In this document: positions 26,128 through 35,522 of the stretch, one piece after another
Numbering within the stretch: the first letter of the stretch is position 1
How the letters are laid out: the number at the start of each line of letters is the position of its first letter
Assembly (NCBI GenBank): GCA_903896505.1
Contig: CAITXU010000023.1
Coordinates: forward strand, 2,079 to 66,078
Source: an uncultured Verrucomicrobiota bacterium
Lineage (GTDB): Bacteria; Verrucomicrobiota; Verrucomicrobiia; Limisphaerales; UBA9464
DNA: 64,000 nt
Reading direction: 5' to 3'
Notes under the pieces: model-generated
What the model saw: the letters and a program-made list of their open reading frames with translations, nothing else
The model's database searches: none
What the model was told of the DNA's origin: nothing
Program-made: the position numbers and the translations under genes

Positions 26128-29085
26128 ATGAAGACGATTCGTATCCATCCGCTGGATGTCCGGGTGGTTTTGACGGAGGTGGGTTCGGTTCTGGGTCACT
26201 ACCAACTCATTCGCCAGTTGGGCAAGGGGGGTATGGGGGCCGTGTTTGAGGCAGAGGAGGTCGAGAGCGGACGCCGCGTCGCCCTGAAGGTTCTCAGTCA
26301 TTCCCTCGATTCGCCAATGTCTCGTGAGAGGTTTCGACGCGAGGGTCTTCTGGCCGCTGCCATCAACCATCCCAACACGGTTTATGTGTTTGGGACGGAC
26401 GAAATTGACGGGCGCGCCTTCATCGCCATGGAGCTCGTCGGTGGAGGGACCCTGCAAGACTGGATTCAGCCCGACAGCCCGATGGCGGTGGATGTCGCTG
26501 TGGATGCAGTCTTGCAGGTCGTTGCCGGGCTTGAAGCCGCTGCAGCCAAGGGAGTGCTGCACCGTGACATCAAACCTTCCAACTGCTTTCTGGAGTCTGA
26601 TGGGACGGTCAAGGTGGGGGACTTTGGTCTCGCCATCTCCGTATCCGCGCCGTCCGACTCCAAGTTGACCGTACCGGGTTCGTTCATAGGCACTCCGGCT
26701 TACTCGCCGCCCGAACAGGTCCGCGGTGAAGAATTTACGTTACGCGGGGATATCTACGCTGTCGGGGTCATGCTGTATCAGTTGTTGACGGGGCGGACAC
26801 CCTTTGTGGAAGAGGACCCGGTCCGATTGCTGGCCACCATTCTGGAGCGTACGCCGGATTCTCCAGCCCGCTGGCGCTCGGGCCTTCCGCCGGGGCTGTG
26901 CCGGGTCATCCTCAAATGCATGGAAAAGGCGCCCAGGAATCGATTCCGCGATTATGCGGAATTCCGGAATGCCCTGCTCCCCTATAGCTCCGTCGCACCC
27001 ACGCCGGCCACGCTGAGTCTTCGCTTCATGGCCGGAGTTCTGGATGGACTGGTGCTTTTTGTCCTGGGGATTTCGGTCAACCTGATTTCAACCGGGCGAT
27101 GGGATGCATTGATTCATCCGGACTACCATCCCAGCACCCGGATGTTCATGGCCCTGTTTGGATTAAGTCTTAATCTAATTTATTATTCAATCCCCGAGGG
27201 GCGTTGGGGAATGAGCCTGGGGAAGTGGATTTGTGGGATTCGTGTGGTGGGCTCGAATCGGGGGAACCCCGGTTATTGGAAGGCATTGGCGCGAAGTCTG
27301 ATCGTGGAGGGAATTCCAGTTTTTCCATCCGTCTTATACGCTGTGCTCTCCTGTATTCCCAATTCAGCTTCATCAGAGACTCTGACCCGCCTGGAAGCCA
27401 TATCGGGCTTTAGTCTGGGAGTCGCACCGCTGCTGTTTTTGACCGCACGGCGTCGGAATGGCTTTGCCGCAATTCATGACCTGGTCACCCGCACCCGCGT
27501 CGTTCGCCGGGTGGCACATGGCACCCGGCCCCGGCTCAAATTGGACGAGGACTCCATTGTCACTTCCAGACTAGCCTCTGCATCGGCCTCCCATGTCGGA
27601 GCCTATACCGTGCTTAAAACGGTCGAACGCCGGGATGGTGTTGAAACCCTTTTGGGATTGGATCGACAATTGCATCGGACGGTCTGGGTCCGAAAGCTGG
27701 ACATCGGGACGCCTGCCCTCGATTCCAGACTGCAAAATTTGAGTCGAGGGGGTCGTCTCAGATGGCTTAATGGACGACGTTCCAATTCGGAAGCATGGGA
27801 TGCCTACGAGGCTGGGAATGGCCAGGCTCTTTGGGATGTCCTTCAGCGCCCCCAGGCATGGGACCGTGTCCGATTCTGGCTTTTGGACCTCGTGGAGGAA
27901 CTGACCGTGTCGCTCAAAACCCAAACCCTTCCGGAAGTGCTGGCTTTGGATCGGGTCTGGATCACCGCCGAGGGGCGGGCGGTCCTCCTCGATTTTCCAG
28001 TGCCTGTCGAGGGACACACCGAAGCCTCCCGGGATCCGGCTTGGAGCTCAACGACCAACAATCCGCAGTTGTTCTTGAGTCGTTGGGCGGTGTCGGCCCT
28101 GAAGGGTAGGGGGGCCGTTGGGGGTGAGATTCGTCCCTCGGCGGTGGAGGTTCCACTCCCACCCCATGCGCGCGAAGTACTGCGTGAGATCGAACAAGGG
28201 CCGTTCCCTGGCTCGTTGCTCAAAAAAATCCGGCATGGGTTCAATCATTTTGCGCGGGTCTCCGTCGGACGCCGGGCGGTCGTGTTGATCGGCTGCTGCG
28301 GTGTTCCCCTGTTGGCGTGTGCCTTGGGGGTCGTCGGGTTTTATATGGCGGTCCAGCTGGCTCAGGGACAATCGGCGACGGCGCGTCTCCGCCAGTCGCT
28401 GGAGCAATGGGAAACACTTTCCGCGGCTGCTGCTGCGCCCGGTGCTTCCAATTCCGTCCATCTGGAGCAACAGGCCTATGAGGTGTACATCGCCGGTCAA
28501 TTCCGGTCCACGATCACCAATCACGAAGCTTGGAATGATTTGGCCGGCGCACTCATCCCACGCGAACGACGGAAGATGGCGGAGGAATGGGTCGTCAATC
28601 GACCACCGCCAACGGCTGCCGAATTGGAACAAGCGGCCAAGGTGGTAGAACCGTTTCTTGCCAGCCGCCAAACCTTCGAACTCAAAGAGATGCGAGTCGT
28701 CGTCTCGAAACCTTTGACGGCTCTGGCGACCGCTGCATGGACGCTGACATTGGGAAGCGCACTTCCCAGCATGATGGCAGCCGTTTTGTTTCGGGGGGGG
28801 CTGGTGCTGAGGCTGCTGGGATTGGCAGTGGTGCGAACGGATGGAAGTCGGCCGTCGCGGCTCCGGCTCCTGTGGCGTGCTGTCATTGCGTGGAGTCCGG
28901 TGATTGCCTTCTCATTGGCAAGCCTCGGGTGGAAGCCCGGCCCGACGGGCATGCCTTGGCTGACAAGTATGGAAATCATCGGAGGGGCCTTTGTCTTTCT
29001 GGGGCTGATGATCTGGGCAGGGCTCTTCCCCGGCAGAGGACTCCACGACCGACTGGCTGGGACATGCTTGATTCCGCGGGAGTAG
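26128..29085 (+). CDS. Hanks-type Ser/Thr protein kinase fused to two RDD-family membrane modules
   Basis: Kinase motifs: LGKGGMGAVFEAEE, VALKVL, HRDIKPSNCF, DFGLA, GTPAYSPPEQ. RDD module 1: LSLRFMAGVLDGLVLFVL...GMSLGKWICGIRVV. RDD module 2 at the C-terminus: RLLGLAVVRTDGSRPSRLRLLWRAVIAW...GLHDRLAGTCLIPRE. Confidence 0.85.
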   Translation: MKTIRIHPLDVRVVLTEVGSVLGHYQLIRQLGKGGMGAVFEAEEVESGRRVALKVLSHSLDSPMSRERFRREGLLAAAINHPNTVYVFGTDEIDGRAFIAMELVGGGTLQDWIQPDSPMAVDVAVDAVLQVVAGLEAAAAKGVLHRDIKPSNCFLESDGTVKVGDFGLAISVSAPSDSKLTVPGSFIGTPAYSPPEQVRGEEFTLRGDIYAVGVMLYQLLTGRTPFVEEDPVRLLATILERTPDSPARWRSGLPPGLCRVILKCMEKAPRNRFRDYAEFRNALLPYSSVAPTPATLSLRFMAGVLDGLVLFVLGISVNLISTGRWDALIHPDYHPSTRMFMALFGLSLNLIYYSIPEGRWGMSLGKWICGIRVVGSNRGNPGYWKALARSLIVEGIPVFPSVLYAVLSCIPNSASSETLTRLEAISGFSLGVAPLLFLTARRRNGFAAIHDLVTRTRVVRRVAHGTRPRLKLDEDSIVTSRLASASASHVGAYTVLKTVERRDGVETLLGLDRQLHRTVWVRKLDIGTPALDSRLQNLSRGGRLRWLNGRRSNSEAWDAYEAGNGQALWDVLQRPQAWDRVRFWLLDLVEELTVSLKTQTLPEVLALDRVWITAEGRAVLLDFPVPVEGHTEASRDPAWSSTTNNPQLFLSRWAVSALKGRGAVGGEIRPSAVEVPLPPHAREVLREIEQGPFPGSLLKKIRHGFNHFARVSVGRRAVVLIGCCGVPLLACALGVVGFYMAVQLAQGQSATARLRQSLEQWETLSAAAAAPGASNSVHLEQQAYEVYIAGQFRSTITNHEAWNDLAGALIPRERRKMAEEWVVNRPPPTAAELEQAAKVVEPFLASRQTFELKEMRVVVSKPLTALATAAWTLTLGSALPSMMAAVLFRGGLVLRLLGLAVVRTDGSRPSRLRLLWRAVIAWSPVIAFSLASLGWKPGPTGMPWLTSMEIIGGAFVFLGLMIWAGLFPGRGLHDRLAGTCLIPRE

Positions 29086-29318
29086 GGGAGGGGCATCTCA
29101 AGCGGCGTTGGACGCAGCCAAATTCTCATGGACGGTAGGGTCGTTGAAAACAAATCGTAACGCTGACAATAGGCAACGCTATTAAAAGAATACGGGAACG
29201 ATGAAAAAGCCTACTACCTATTCTTTGAAATGCTGGATCGCTATCGGGCTAACAATCAGCAAATGTCGACTTGGAATTGATGCGATAGAGCATGCGGTCT
29301 GCAGGTGGTCCTCCTCTT

Positions 29319-29415
29319 AATCTGCGATAATCTGTGAAAATCTGTGAAAATCTGCGGACAAATTTCCTCCGTCTGTGGAGCAAGGTCCGCAGATTCACGC
29401 AGATTGACACAGATT
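29319..29415. repeat. Array of 10-bp units: four direct (aatctgYgRW) then three inverted, separated by a 28-nt spacer
   Basis: Direct units: aatctgcgat aatctgtgaa aatctgtgaa aatctgcgga (29319-29358). Inverted units: ccgcagatt cacgcagatt gacacagatt (29387-29415). The inner units aatctgcgg / ccgcagatt are perfectly complementary. Confidence 0.8.
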
Positions 29416-29540
29416 TGAAAGACGGGACAACGGGTATCGCGCGTTGATTGGGATGTATGCGTTCCGGCGAGTTCCTGATCGTCCACATTGCTTTTGTAAA
29501 TAAAGATAAACGTGAAACAAGAAGTGATGATAGGAACCTC

Positions 29541-29618
29541 TTCTCTTCGTGTCTTCGCGGCTTCGTGTGAGATAAATGGACTTGGACTCACGCGAAGACG
29601 CGAAGGCGCGAAAAAGCA
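29541..29618. repeat. Hairpin-forming dispersed element (copy 2), same family as 21608-21662
   Basis: ttctcttcgtgtcttcgcggcttcgtgtgag ataaatggactt ggactcacgcgaagacgcgaaggcgcgaaaaag. The arms are imperfect inverted repeats, and the 20-nt core is identical to 21639-21658. Confidence 0.7.
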
Positions 29619-29711
29619 GAAGAAAGATGAAGTGAACGGAGTCCCAGGATGCGCTTCTGCAGTTACCCAATCATCGTGGACTTTTGGGTGCAACAGGAAG
29701 AACCTCACGAG

Positions 29712-30983
29712 CTACCGCGGCGCCGTCCACTCGTTCAAGGTCCGCTCCTCCACCGCGGCGACGGGTTCAAGGCCCAGGCTTTCCATTACTTCCCCGATAA
29801 AGTACAACGATCCGGTGACCACGACGAACGGGTCCGATTGGGCCGATTTCAAGGCTTCGGCGACTGTGGCGGTCGCCTTCACGGGACGCCCAAGGCCCGT
29901 TGCCAGACACGCGGCCCGTAACTCTTCGGACGATACCGTCCGACTGCTGCCCACAGGCGCGGTGATGATTCGACCAGCCAATGGCACCAGTTCGCGGACC
30001 ATTTCCTTCCAATCCTTGTCCGCAAGGATGCCCAGAACCAATGTGGGGCGTTGCCCCGCTTCCTCGGTTTGAAGAAACGCCGTCAGCGCCCGGATGCCAT
30101 CCAGATTGTGTGCACCGTCGAGAATCCAACGGCTCTTGCCCCGTTGGAGTCGTTGCAGGCGACCCGGCCATTGAGCGGTCTCCAATCCGATTCGGAGTTG
30201 ATCATCGCTGACCGGGAGAGCGAAACGAAGCAGGCGCACGGTGGCGGCGGCGAGGGCTGCATTGGCCCTTTGGTGCTCCCCAGCGAGGGACGGTTCGATG
30301 GTGAATCGTTGAACCGCCGGGGCATCCACCGTGATTAGGGGGGCTTCCAGCTCCCGGGCTTTGAATTTCAAGACCTCCAGGGCTTCCGGAACCTGGGTTG
30401 CGGTGGTGGCCGGAATCTCCCGTTTGAGTATTCCGGCTTTTTCGGCGGCAATTTCGGCATGGGTTTTTCCCAGGACGTGTTGATGGTCCAAACCGATATT
30501 GGTGATCACGCTTGCCAGAGGAGTCACGATGTTGGTGGCATCGAGACGTCCACCCAGTCCTGTTTCCCAAATCACCAGGTCGCACTTTTCCCGTTCAAAC
30601 CATCGCAGGGCCACGATGGTCGTGAATTCAAAGAAGGTCGGTTCAAGGCCTGGGGCATCGGTGACGGTTCGATCCCGAAGTTCCTCCACCAAGTCCGCCA
30701 GTGCCTGATCGGGAATGGGGATGCGATTGACCTGGATTCGCTCGTTGAAGCGGACCAAGTGGGGTGAGGTATAAAGTCCGACCTTCAGACCGGTCTGCCG
30801 GTAAATGCTTTCCAGCATCGCACAGGTGGAACCCTTTCCGTTGGTTCCGGCCACGTGGATGAAACGGAGTTGATGGTGGGGATTGCCGACCAAGGCGGCC
30901 AGTCGCCGCGTGGTTTCCAGACCTGGTTGGAACCCGAACTGTCGAAGCTGATGGAGGTACTGAAGAGCGTCCGGGAAGGTCAC
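29712..30983 (-). CDS. folC: Bifunctional folylpolyglutamate synthase / dihydrofolate synthase
   Basis: Mur-ligase P-loop HVAGTNGKGSTCAMLESIY, then ETGLGGRLDATN, GLDHQHVLG and WILDGAHN. Length of 423 aa is typical. Confidence 0.85.
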   Translation of the reverse strand: MTFPDALQYLHQLRQFGFQPGLETTRRLAALVGNPHHQLRFIHVAGTNGKGSTCAMLESIYRQTGLKVGLYTSPHLVRFNERIQVNRIPIPDQALADLVEELRDRTVTDAPGLEPTFFEFTTIVALRWFEREKCDLVIWETGLGGRLDATNIVTPLASVITNIGLDHQHVLGKTHAEIAAEKAGILKREIPATTATQVPEALEVLKFKARELEAPLITVDAPAVQRFTIEPSLAGEHQRANAALAAATVRLLRFALPVSDDQLRIGLETAQWPGRLQRLQRGKSRWILDGAHNLDGIRALTAFLQTEEAGQRPTLVLGILADKDWKEMVRELVPLAGRIITAPVGSSRTVSSEELRAACLATGLGRPVKATATVAEALKSAQSDPFVVVTGSLYFIGEVMESLGLEPVAAVEERTLNEWTAPR

Positions 30984-31064
30984 GGAGACGATGGGGCCAA
31001 CGGTTCAATCCAACGAAAAATGTCTGCGGAGCGAATGGTGACAGCTCCAAGGAAACTTCGGCGG

Positions 31065-32081
31065 CTACTGCTGCTGTTGGAATTCCTGCTGCACCAGAAT
31101 TTCATCCTCCATGTTCACAAACGGCTGGAAGATATAGGCGTTGAAAAGGGAGGCACCGATGTTCCCAAGCTTGATCTGGAGCAGGTCGATGTAGTCATGC
31201 AGACCATGGGCAAAGATTTCCTCGATGGTGCCAAACTCCAGTTCGGCCAGGAGTCGACCGGACAATTTCTCTGCGTCATTGCTAAAGCGCCGGGAGGGAA
31301 TGCCCGAGATGTCATGAAGGCTACGGTCGAGTTCTTCGACACAGAAGCGTACCGAGCGGGGGAAGCTATCGCTCAGCAGGAGGAATTCAGCGACTTTGAC
31401 CGGTGTGACGTCGCCTCCGTGGATGTCCTTATAGGCGTCCCAGGCGGAGCAGGAACGCAGCACCGCACTCCACTCGAGCGCATCCGTCTGGCTGACCTTG
31501 GTGGGCAGGCCCTTGGTGGGGACGGTGGTATGGCGGACATCGAGAATTCGGGTCGTTTGGTCGGCCCGTTCGATGAATTTGCCGGTCTGCATGAAGTGCC
31601 AGCCTTCGTTGTGAACCACGGTGGCGTAAATGATGCCGACGAGGTGGAGTGAGCTGGCTTTGATTTGCTGCAAAAATTCAAAAGGACTGTCCTCCCAGGT
31701 TTCACGCGCCTTGGGTGATCGGAGAAACAAGTAGAGGCGGTTGAGTTCCTCCCACATCTCCACAGTGATTTGGTCCCGAACCATTCGGGCGTTTTCGCGG
31801 GCCTGGGTGACCGAAGTCAGGATCGAATTGCCGTTTTCCAGCTCAAACACTAGGTATTCCGTGACCGCCTGACCGGTCGCCTGTGGATGAAGTTTGAGGA
31901 ATGACTCGTCATCGCCGGTGGCCTGAAGGATGGGCATCCAATAGGCCGTCAGCTGATCGTCATTCAAGTGGCGGGAGTCCAGCAGAAGCTGGAGATTGAC
32001 GTCCACGATACGGGCGGTGTTTTCCGCCCGTTCAATATATCGGGACATCCAGTACAGCGAATTCGCGACGCGACTCAGCAT
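31065..32081 (-). CDS. Alpha-E domain protein (DUF403), partner of the circularly permuted ATP-grasp
   Basis: N-terminus MLSRVANSLYWMSRYIERAENTARIVDVNL is the hallmark of the alpha-E family. It lies directly downstream of the ATP-grasp gene. Confidence 0.85.
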   Translation of the reverse strand: MLSRVANSLYWMSRYIERAENTARIVDVNLQLLLDSRHLNDDQLTAYWMPILQATGDDESFLKLHPQATGQAVTEYLVFELENGNSILTSVTQARENARMVRDQITVEMWEELNRLYLFLRSPKARETWEDSPFEFLQQIKASSLHLVGIIYATVVHNEGWHFMQTGKFIERADQTTRILDVRHTTVPTKGLPTKVSQTDALEWSAVLRSCSAWDAYKDIHGGDVTPVKVAEFLLLSDSFPRSVRFCVEELDRSLHDISGIPSRRFSNDAEKLSGRLLAELEFGTIEEIFAHGLHDYIDLLQIKLGNIGASLFNAYIFQPFVNMEDEILVQQEFQQQQ

Positions 32082-32156
32082 GGGGTGAAGGGGGACTGGG
32101 ATTGACGGCGCATGAGCGGGGAAAAGAGCGGAAGAGAGGGGATTGGACCCAGGAGA

Positions 32157-33596
32157 TCATTCATCACCATAGAGCACCCAGGTGTCTTTGCTGCCACCAC
32201 CTTGGGAGGAATTGACCACCAACGACCCTTTGCGAAGGGCCACCCGGGTCAGGCCTCCGGGAACAATCACCGTCTTTTCCCCGTAGAGGATGAAGGGCCG
32301 AAGGTCGACATGCCGACCTTCAAACCGTCCGTCCCCGACATAGGTCGGATGGGTGGAAAGGGAAATCATCGGCTGGGCGATATAGTTGCGGGGATCGGCG
32401 ATGATCCGTTGACGGAAGGCCTCCACTTCCTCGGAAGAGGCCTTGGGTCCCATCAGCATGCCATAGCCGCCGGATTCATTGGCCGCCTTGACCACCAGCT
32501 TGGGGAGGTTTTCAAGGATGTATTTCCGGTCGGCATCCTCCGAGGCGAGGTAGGTGGGGACATTGGGGATGATCGGGTCCTGACCCAGGTAGTATTTGAT
32601 CATCTTCGGGACGAAGTAATACATGACCTTGTCGTCGGCGACTCCGGTGCCGATGGAATTGGCCAGACTGACATTGCCTGAGCGATAGGCTTGGACCAGG
32701 CCGGGAACGCCCAGCATGGAATCGCGACGAAACACGGTGGGATCGAGGAAATCGTCATCCATGCGTCGATAGATGACGTGGACCGGCTGCAACCCCTTGG
32801 TCGTGCGCATGAACACCCGGGCTTCGCGGACCACAAGGTCTTTTCCTTCCACGATCTCGATGCCCATCTGCCGGGCGAGGAAAGTGTGCTCGAAATAGGC
32901 GGAATTGTAGCAACCCGGGGTGAGCAGGACGACGGTGGGGTCCACCACGCCATTGGGGGCGATGTATTGCAGGGTGCGCAGGAGTTCCTGCGGATACTGG
33001 TCAACTCGTCGAACGCCAATGGCTTCAAAGATGCCAGGAAAGGTACGCTGGAGCGCCCTGCGGTTTTCGAGCACGTAGCTGACGCCGGAAGGGGTTCGCC
33101 CGTTGTCTTCCAAAACCATCCATTGTCCGTCGCCGCCACGAATCAAATCGGTACCGCAGATATGGATATAAATGTCTTTGGGGACCTGAAAATTGACGAA
33201 TTCCCGGCGGAAATGCTTGGCCGAAAGGATGTAGTACGGCGGTATAACCCCATCCTTGAGGATTTTTTGCTCGTGGTAGAGGTCGTGAAGAAAAAGGTTC
33301 AGGGCCTGGATTCGCTGGGTCAGGCCCCTCTCCAAGTACTCCCATTCCTTGGCTGGAATGATTCGTGGAATCAGGTCAAACGGGAAAATGCGTTCCGTTC
33401 CCTGAGAATCGCCGTAGACGTTGAAGGTGATACCCTGACGCATGAAGGCCAAATCAACCGCCCGGCGCTTCTCGTCGAACTCCAAAGCACTAATCTGCGA
33501 AAATTCGTCTAGAAATTTTTGGTAATGAGGGCGCGACTGTTGAGAGTCGACGGCCATTTCATCGAAGAATCCGGTTGGGTCGTATTCCCGTAGCAC
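32157..33596 (-). CDS. Circularly permuted type-2 ATP-grasp protein (DUF404/DUF407)
   Basis: Conserved [10 protein letters not shown]...RPHYQKF N-terminus, then ...GITFNVYGD...[13 protein letters not shown]...[14 protein letters not shown]...SGGYGML. The ORF track starts at ATG 33704, but those first 36 residues lack family features. In-frame GTG 33596 gives (M)[16 protein letters not shown] 33641 is also possible. Start uncertain. Confidence 0.8.
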   Translation of the reverse strand: MLREYDPTGFFDEMAVDSQQSRPHYQKFLDEFSQISALEFDEKRRAVDLAFMRQGITFNVYGDSQGTERIFPFDLIPRIIPAKEWEYLERGLTQRIQALNLFLHDLYHEQKILKDGVIPPYYILSAKHFRREFVNFQVPKDIYIHICGTDLIRGGDGQWMVLEDNGRTPSGVSYVLENRRALQRTFPGIFEAIGVRRVDQYPQELLRTLQYIAPNGVVDPTVVLLTPGCYNSAYFEHTFLARQMGIEIVEGKDLVVREARVFMRTTKGLQPVHVIYRRMDDDFLDPTVFRRDSMLGVPGLVQAYRSGNVSLANSIGTGVADDKVMYYFVPKMIKYYLGQDPIIPNVPTYLASEDADRKYILENLPKLVVKAANESGGYGMLMGPKASSEEVEAFRQRIIADPRNYIAQPMISLSTHPTYVGDGRFEGRHVDLRPFILYGEKTVIVPGGLTRVALRKGSLVVNSSQGGGSKDTWVLYGDE

Positions 33597-33741
33597 GACA
33601 AGAGAGAACTCTGACCCGACGGGTTCGAGCAAGACTTTCACGTGAAATCGCCCGAAAAAAATTACGGTTTCAGTGCAATCGAAGGCATTGACAGATGGAA
33701 ACAAGTCTGTAGGCTCTCCTTTCTGTTTTTAGACGGAGTCT

Positions 33742-34041
33742 ATGCCGAATACCAAGTCAGCTGCCAAACGTGTCCGGGGAAGCGCTACCAAGGCTGCCCA
33801 GAATCGGCGCGTTAAAAGTCGTTTGAAGCTCGTTGAGAAGCGCTACGCAGCGCTGTTGAAGGAAGGTAACCACGCCGAAGCGTCCAAAGCGCTCTCTGCA
33901 GTGGCCTCCGCCTATGACAAGGCTGCCAAGGTCGGTGTCGTCCGCAAGGCCAAGGCTTCCCGCAAACACTCCCGTTTGCAGTTGCGCCTCAACGCGGTGA
34001 CCCGCCCGGCGGCTAAGGCTACCCCTGCTGTTGCTGCCTAA
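33742..34041 (+). CDS. rpsT: 30S ribosomal protein S20
   Basis: MPNTKSAAKRVRGSATKAAQNRRVKSRLK... is the canonical S20 N-terminus. 99 aa, basic. Confidence 0.9.
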   Translation: MPNTKSAAKRVRGSATKAAQNRRVKSRLKLVEKRYAALLKEGNHAEASKALSAVASAYDKAAKVGVVRKAKASRKHSRLQLRLNAVTRPAAKATPAVAA

Positions 34042-34136
34042 AGAGGCATTCCTCAAGCATCGGATAGGTGCCAATGCGGCGGAGTGGAACCTCACCGGCC
34101 CACAATCGTTGGACCCGCCGCTTGTCTCTTTGTTAG

Positions 34137-34160
34137 CCCACGTCCGTGTGGGTTTTTTGT
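34137..34160 (+). terminator. Rho-independent terminator downstream of rpsT
   Basis: cccac-gtccgt-gtggg stem-loop (34137-34152) followed by ttttttgttgttt. Confidence 0.6.
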
Positions 34161-34185
34161 TGTTTGGGAGCGACTTGTGTTACCC

Positions 34186-34310
34186 AGTTCGGACGAGACG
34201 TCCAAGCTCCGGGAGTGTGGCTCTGCCCGGGAACCCGGGCGTCTCGCCCGGTGGCAGCGGTGCTGGGGAAAGGGACACCAAAATCGGACGAGACGTCCGC
34301 TCCCGGGGAC
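34186..34310. repeat. BIME-like cluster of three REP units in alternating orientation (core GGRCGAGACGYCC)
   Basis: tcggacgagacgtcc occurs at 34189-34203 and 34284-34298 (direct). The inverted partner is in ggaacccgggcgtctcgcccgg at 34230-34251. That 22-mer is identical at 1821-1842 and near-identical at 17870-17892. Confidence 0.75.
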
Positions 34311-34353
34311 TGCGGGTTGCTTTTTCGCTCATTTGCTGTGACCGTTTCACCGA

Positions 34354-35484
34354 ATGACTCGTGTTGAATCCAATCCGTTCCTGGCCTCTGTTCCGGTCTA
34401 CGTGCCCGGGAAACCGATAGAGGAAGTCGCCCGGGAGCATGGGCTTGATCCTTCCACCGTCATCAAGCTCGCCTCGAACGAGAACCCTTTGGGACCTTCA
34501 CCCAAGGCGGTGGAGGCAATGCAGCATGTTCTTCAAAACCTGCATCTCTACCCGGATGGCAATGCCTTCTACTTGAAGCAGAAGTTGGGCAATCTCCTGG
34601 GGTTGCCCACGTCTCATCTGAGTCTGGGCAACGGCTCCAACGAAATCCTTGAATTTCTGGGGCATGCGTTCCTTCGCCCAGGCGATGAAATGGTTGTATC
34701 GCAGTATTGTTTTGCGGTTTATCCCATCGTTGCCGCCTTGTTTGGTGCCCGTCTCGTGACCGTTCCCGCCCGCCAATTGGCCGCTGATATCCCGGCCATG
34801 CTCGCGGCCATCACCCCCCAGACGCGGATGCTATGCCTCGCCAATCCGAACAATCCGACCGGCACTCTGACTTCACGAGAGGACATGAGCCGATTGCTGG
34901 CGGAGGTTCCACCGCACGTTCTGTTGGTGTTGGATGAGGCGTATGTCGAGTTCCTGGATGACCCGGTGGATTGCCTGCCCCTCATTCGACGCGGCACCCA
35001 CCCGAATTTGGTCATTACCCGGACATTTTCGAAGATTTTTGGGCTGGCGGGACTTCGCCTCGGGTATGCCATCGCGTCGCCGGACATCATCTCGGATTTG
35101 GAGAAAGTGCGGCAACCCTTCAACCTGAATTCCCTCGCGCAAGCCGGCGCTTTGGCCGCACTGGACGACGAAGCCCACCTGTCGAGAACCCGGACCAATA
35201 ATCGTCAGGGTCTGGATTTTTTTCACAACGCGTTTGCCAGGCTCGGACTTCCATTCATTCGGTCATCGGCCAACTTTGTATTGGTCAAGGTGGGTGACGG
35301 CTCGACCGTTTTCCGGGAACTGCAGCGGAAAGGCATTATCACCCGTCCTATGGGGAGTTATGGCCTGTCGGAATGGTTGCGGATTTCCGTGGGGACTCCG
35401 GCGGAGAATGTCCGCTGTTTGGAAGCACTTCGGGAGATTCTTTCACCGACGGTTCATCCGGAGCCTGCAAACGTTTCCCACTGA
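34354..35484 (+). CDS. hisC: Histidinol-phosphate aminotransferase
   Basis: YVPGKPIEEVAREHGLDPSTVIKLASNENPLGPSP, NPNNPTG, and the PLP-lysine motif RTFSKIFGLAGLRLGY. Confidence 0.9.
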   Translation: MTRVESNPFLASVPVYVPGKPIEEVAREHGLDPSTVIKLASNENPLGPSPKAVEAMQHVLQNLHLYPDGNAFYLKQKLGNLLGLPTSHLSLGNGSNEILEFLGHAFLRPGDEMVVSQYCFAVYPIVAALFGARLVTVPARQLAADIPAMLAAITPQTRMLCLANPNNPTGTLTSREDMSRLLAEVPPHVLLVLDEAYVEFLDDPVDCLPLIRRGTHPNLVITRTFSKIFGLAGLRLGYAIASPDIISDLEKVRQPFNLNSLAQAGALAALDDEAHLSRTRTNNRQGLDFFHNAFARLGLPFIRSSANFVLVKVGDGSTVFRELQRKGIITRPMGSYGLSEWLRISVGTPAENVRCLEALREILSPTVHPEPANVSH

Positions 35485-35522
35485 AGTTCAGTCCATACTT
35501 GCTGTGCTGCCGCTGTAAAAGG

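Noticed and set aside
29201-29320. Small ORF MKKPTTYSLKCWIAIGLTISKCRLGIDAIEHAVCRWSSS (39 aa) in the A/T-richer spacer
   Set aside because: It is short, has no recognisable family and no convincing RBS, and its end runs into the 10-bp repeat array. It cannot be supported from sequence alone, though it could be revisited with Ribo-seq.
29319-29415. Possible CRISPR array
   Set aside because: The units are only 10 bp, directly abutting with no spacers, and partly inverted. No cas genes are in the window.
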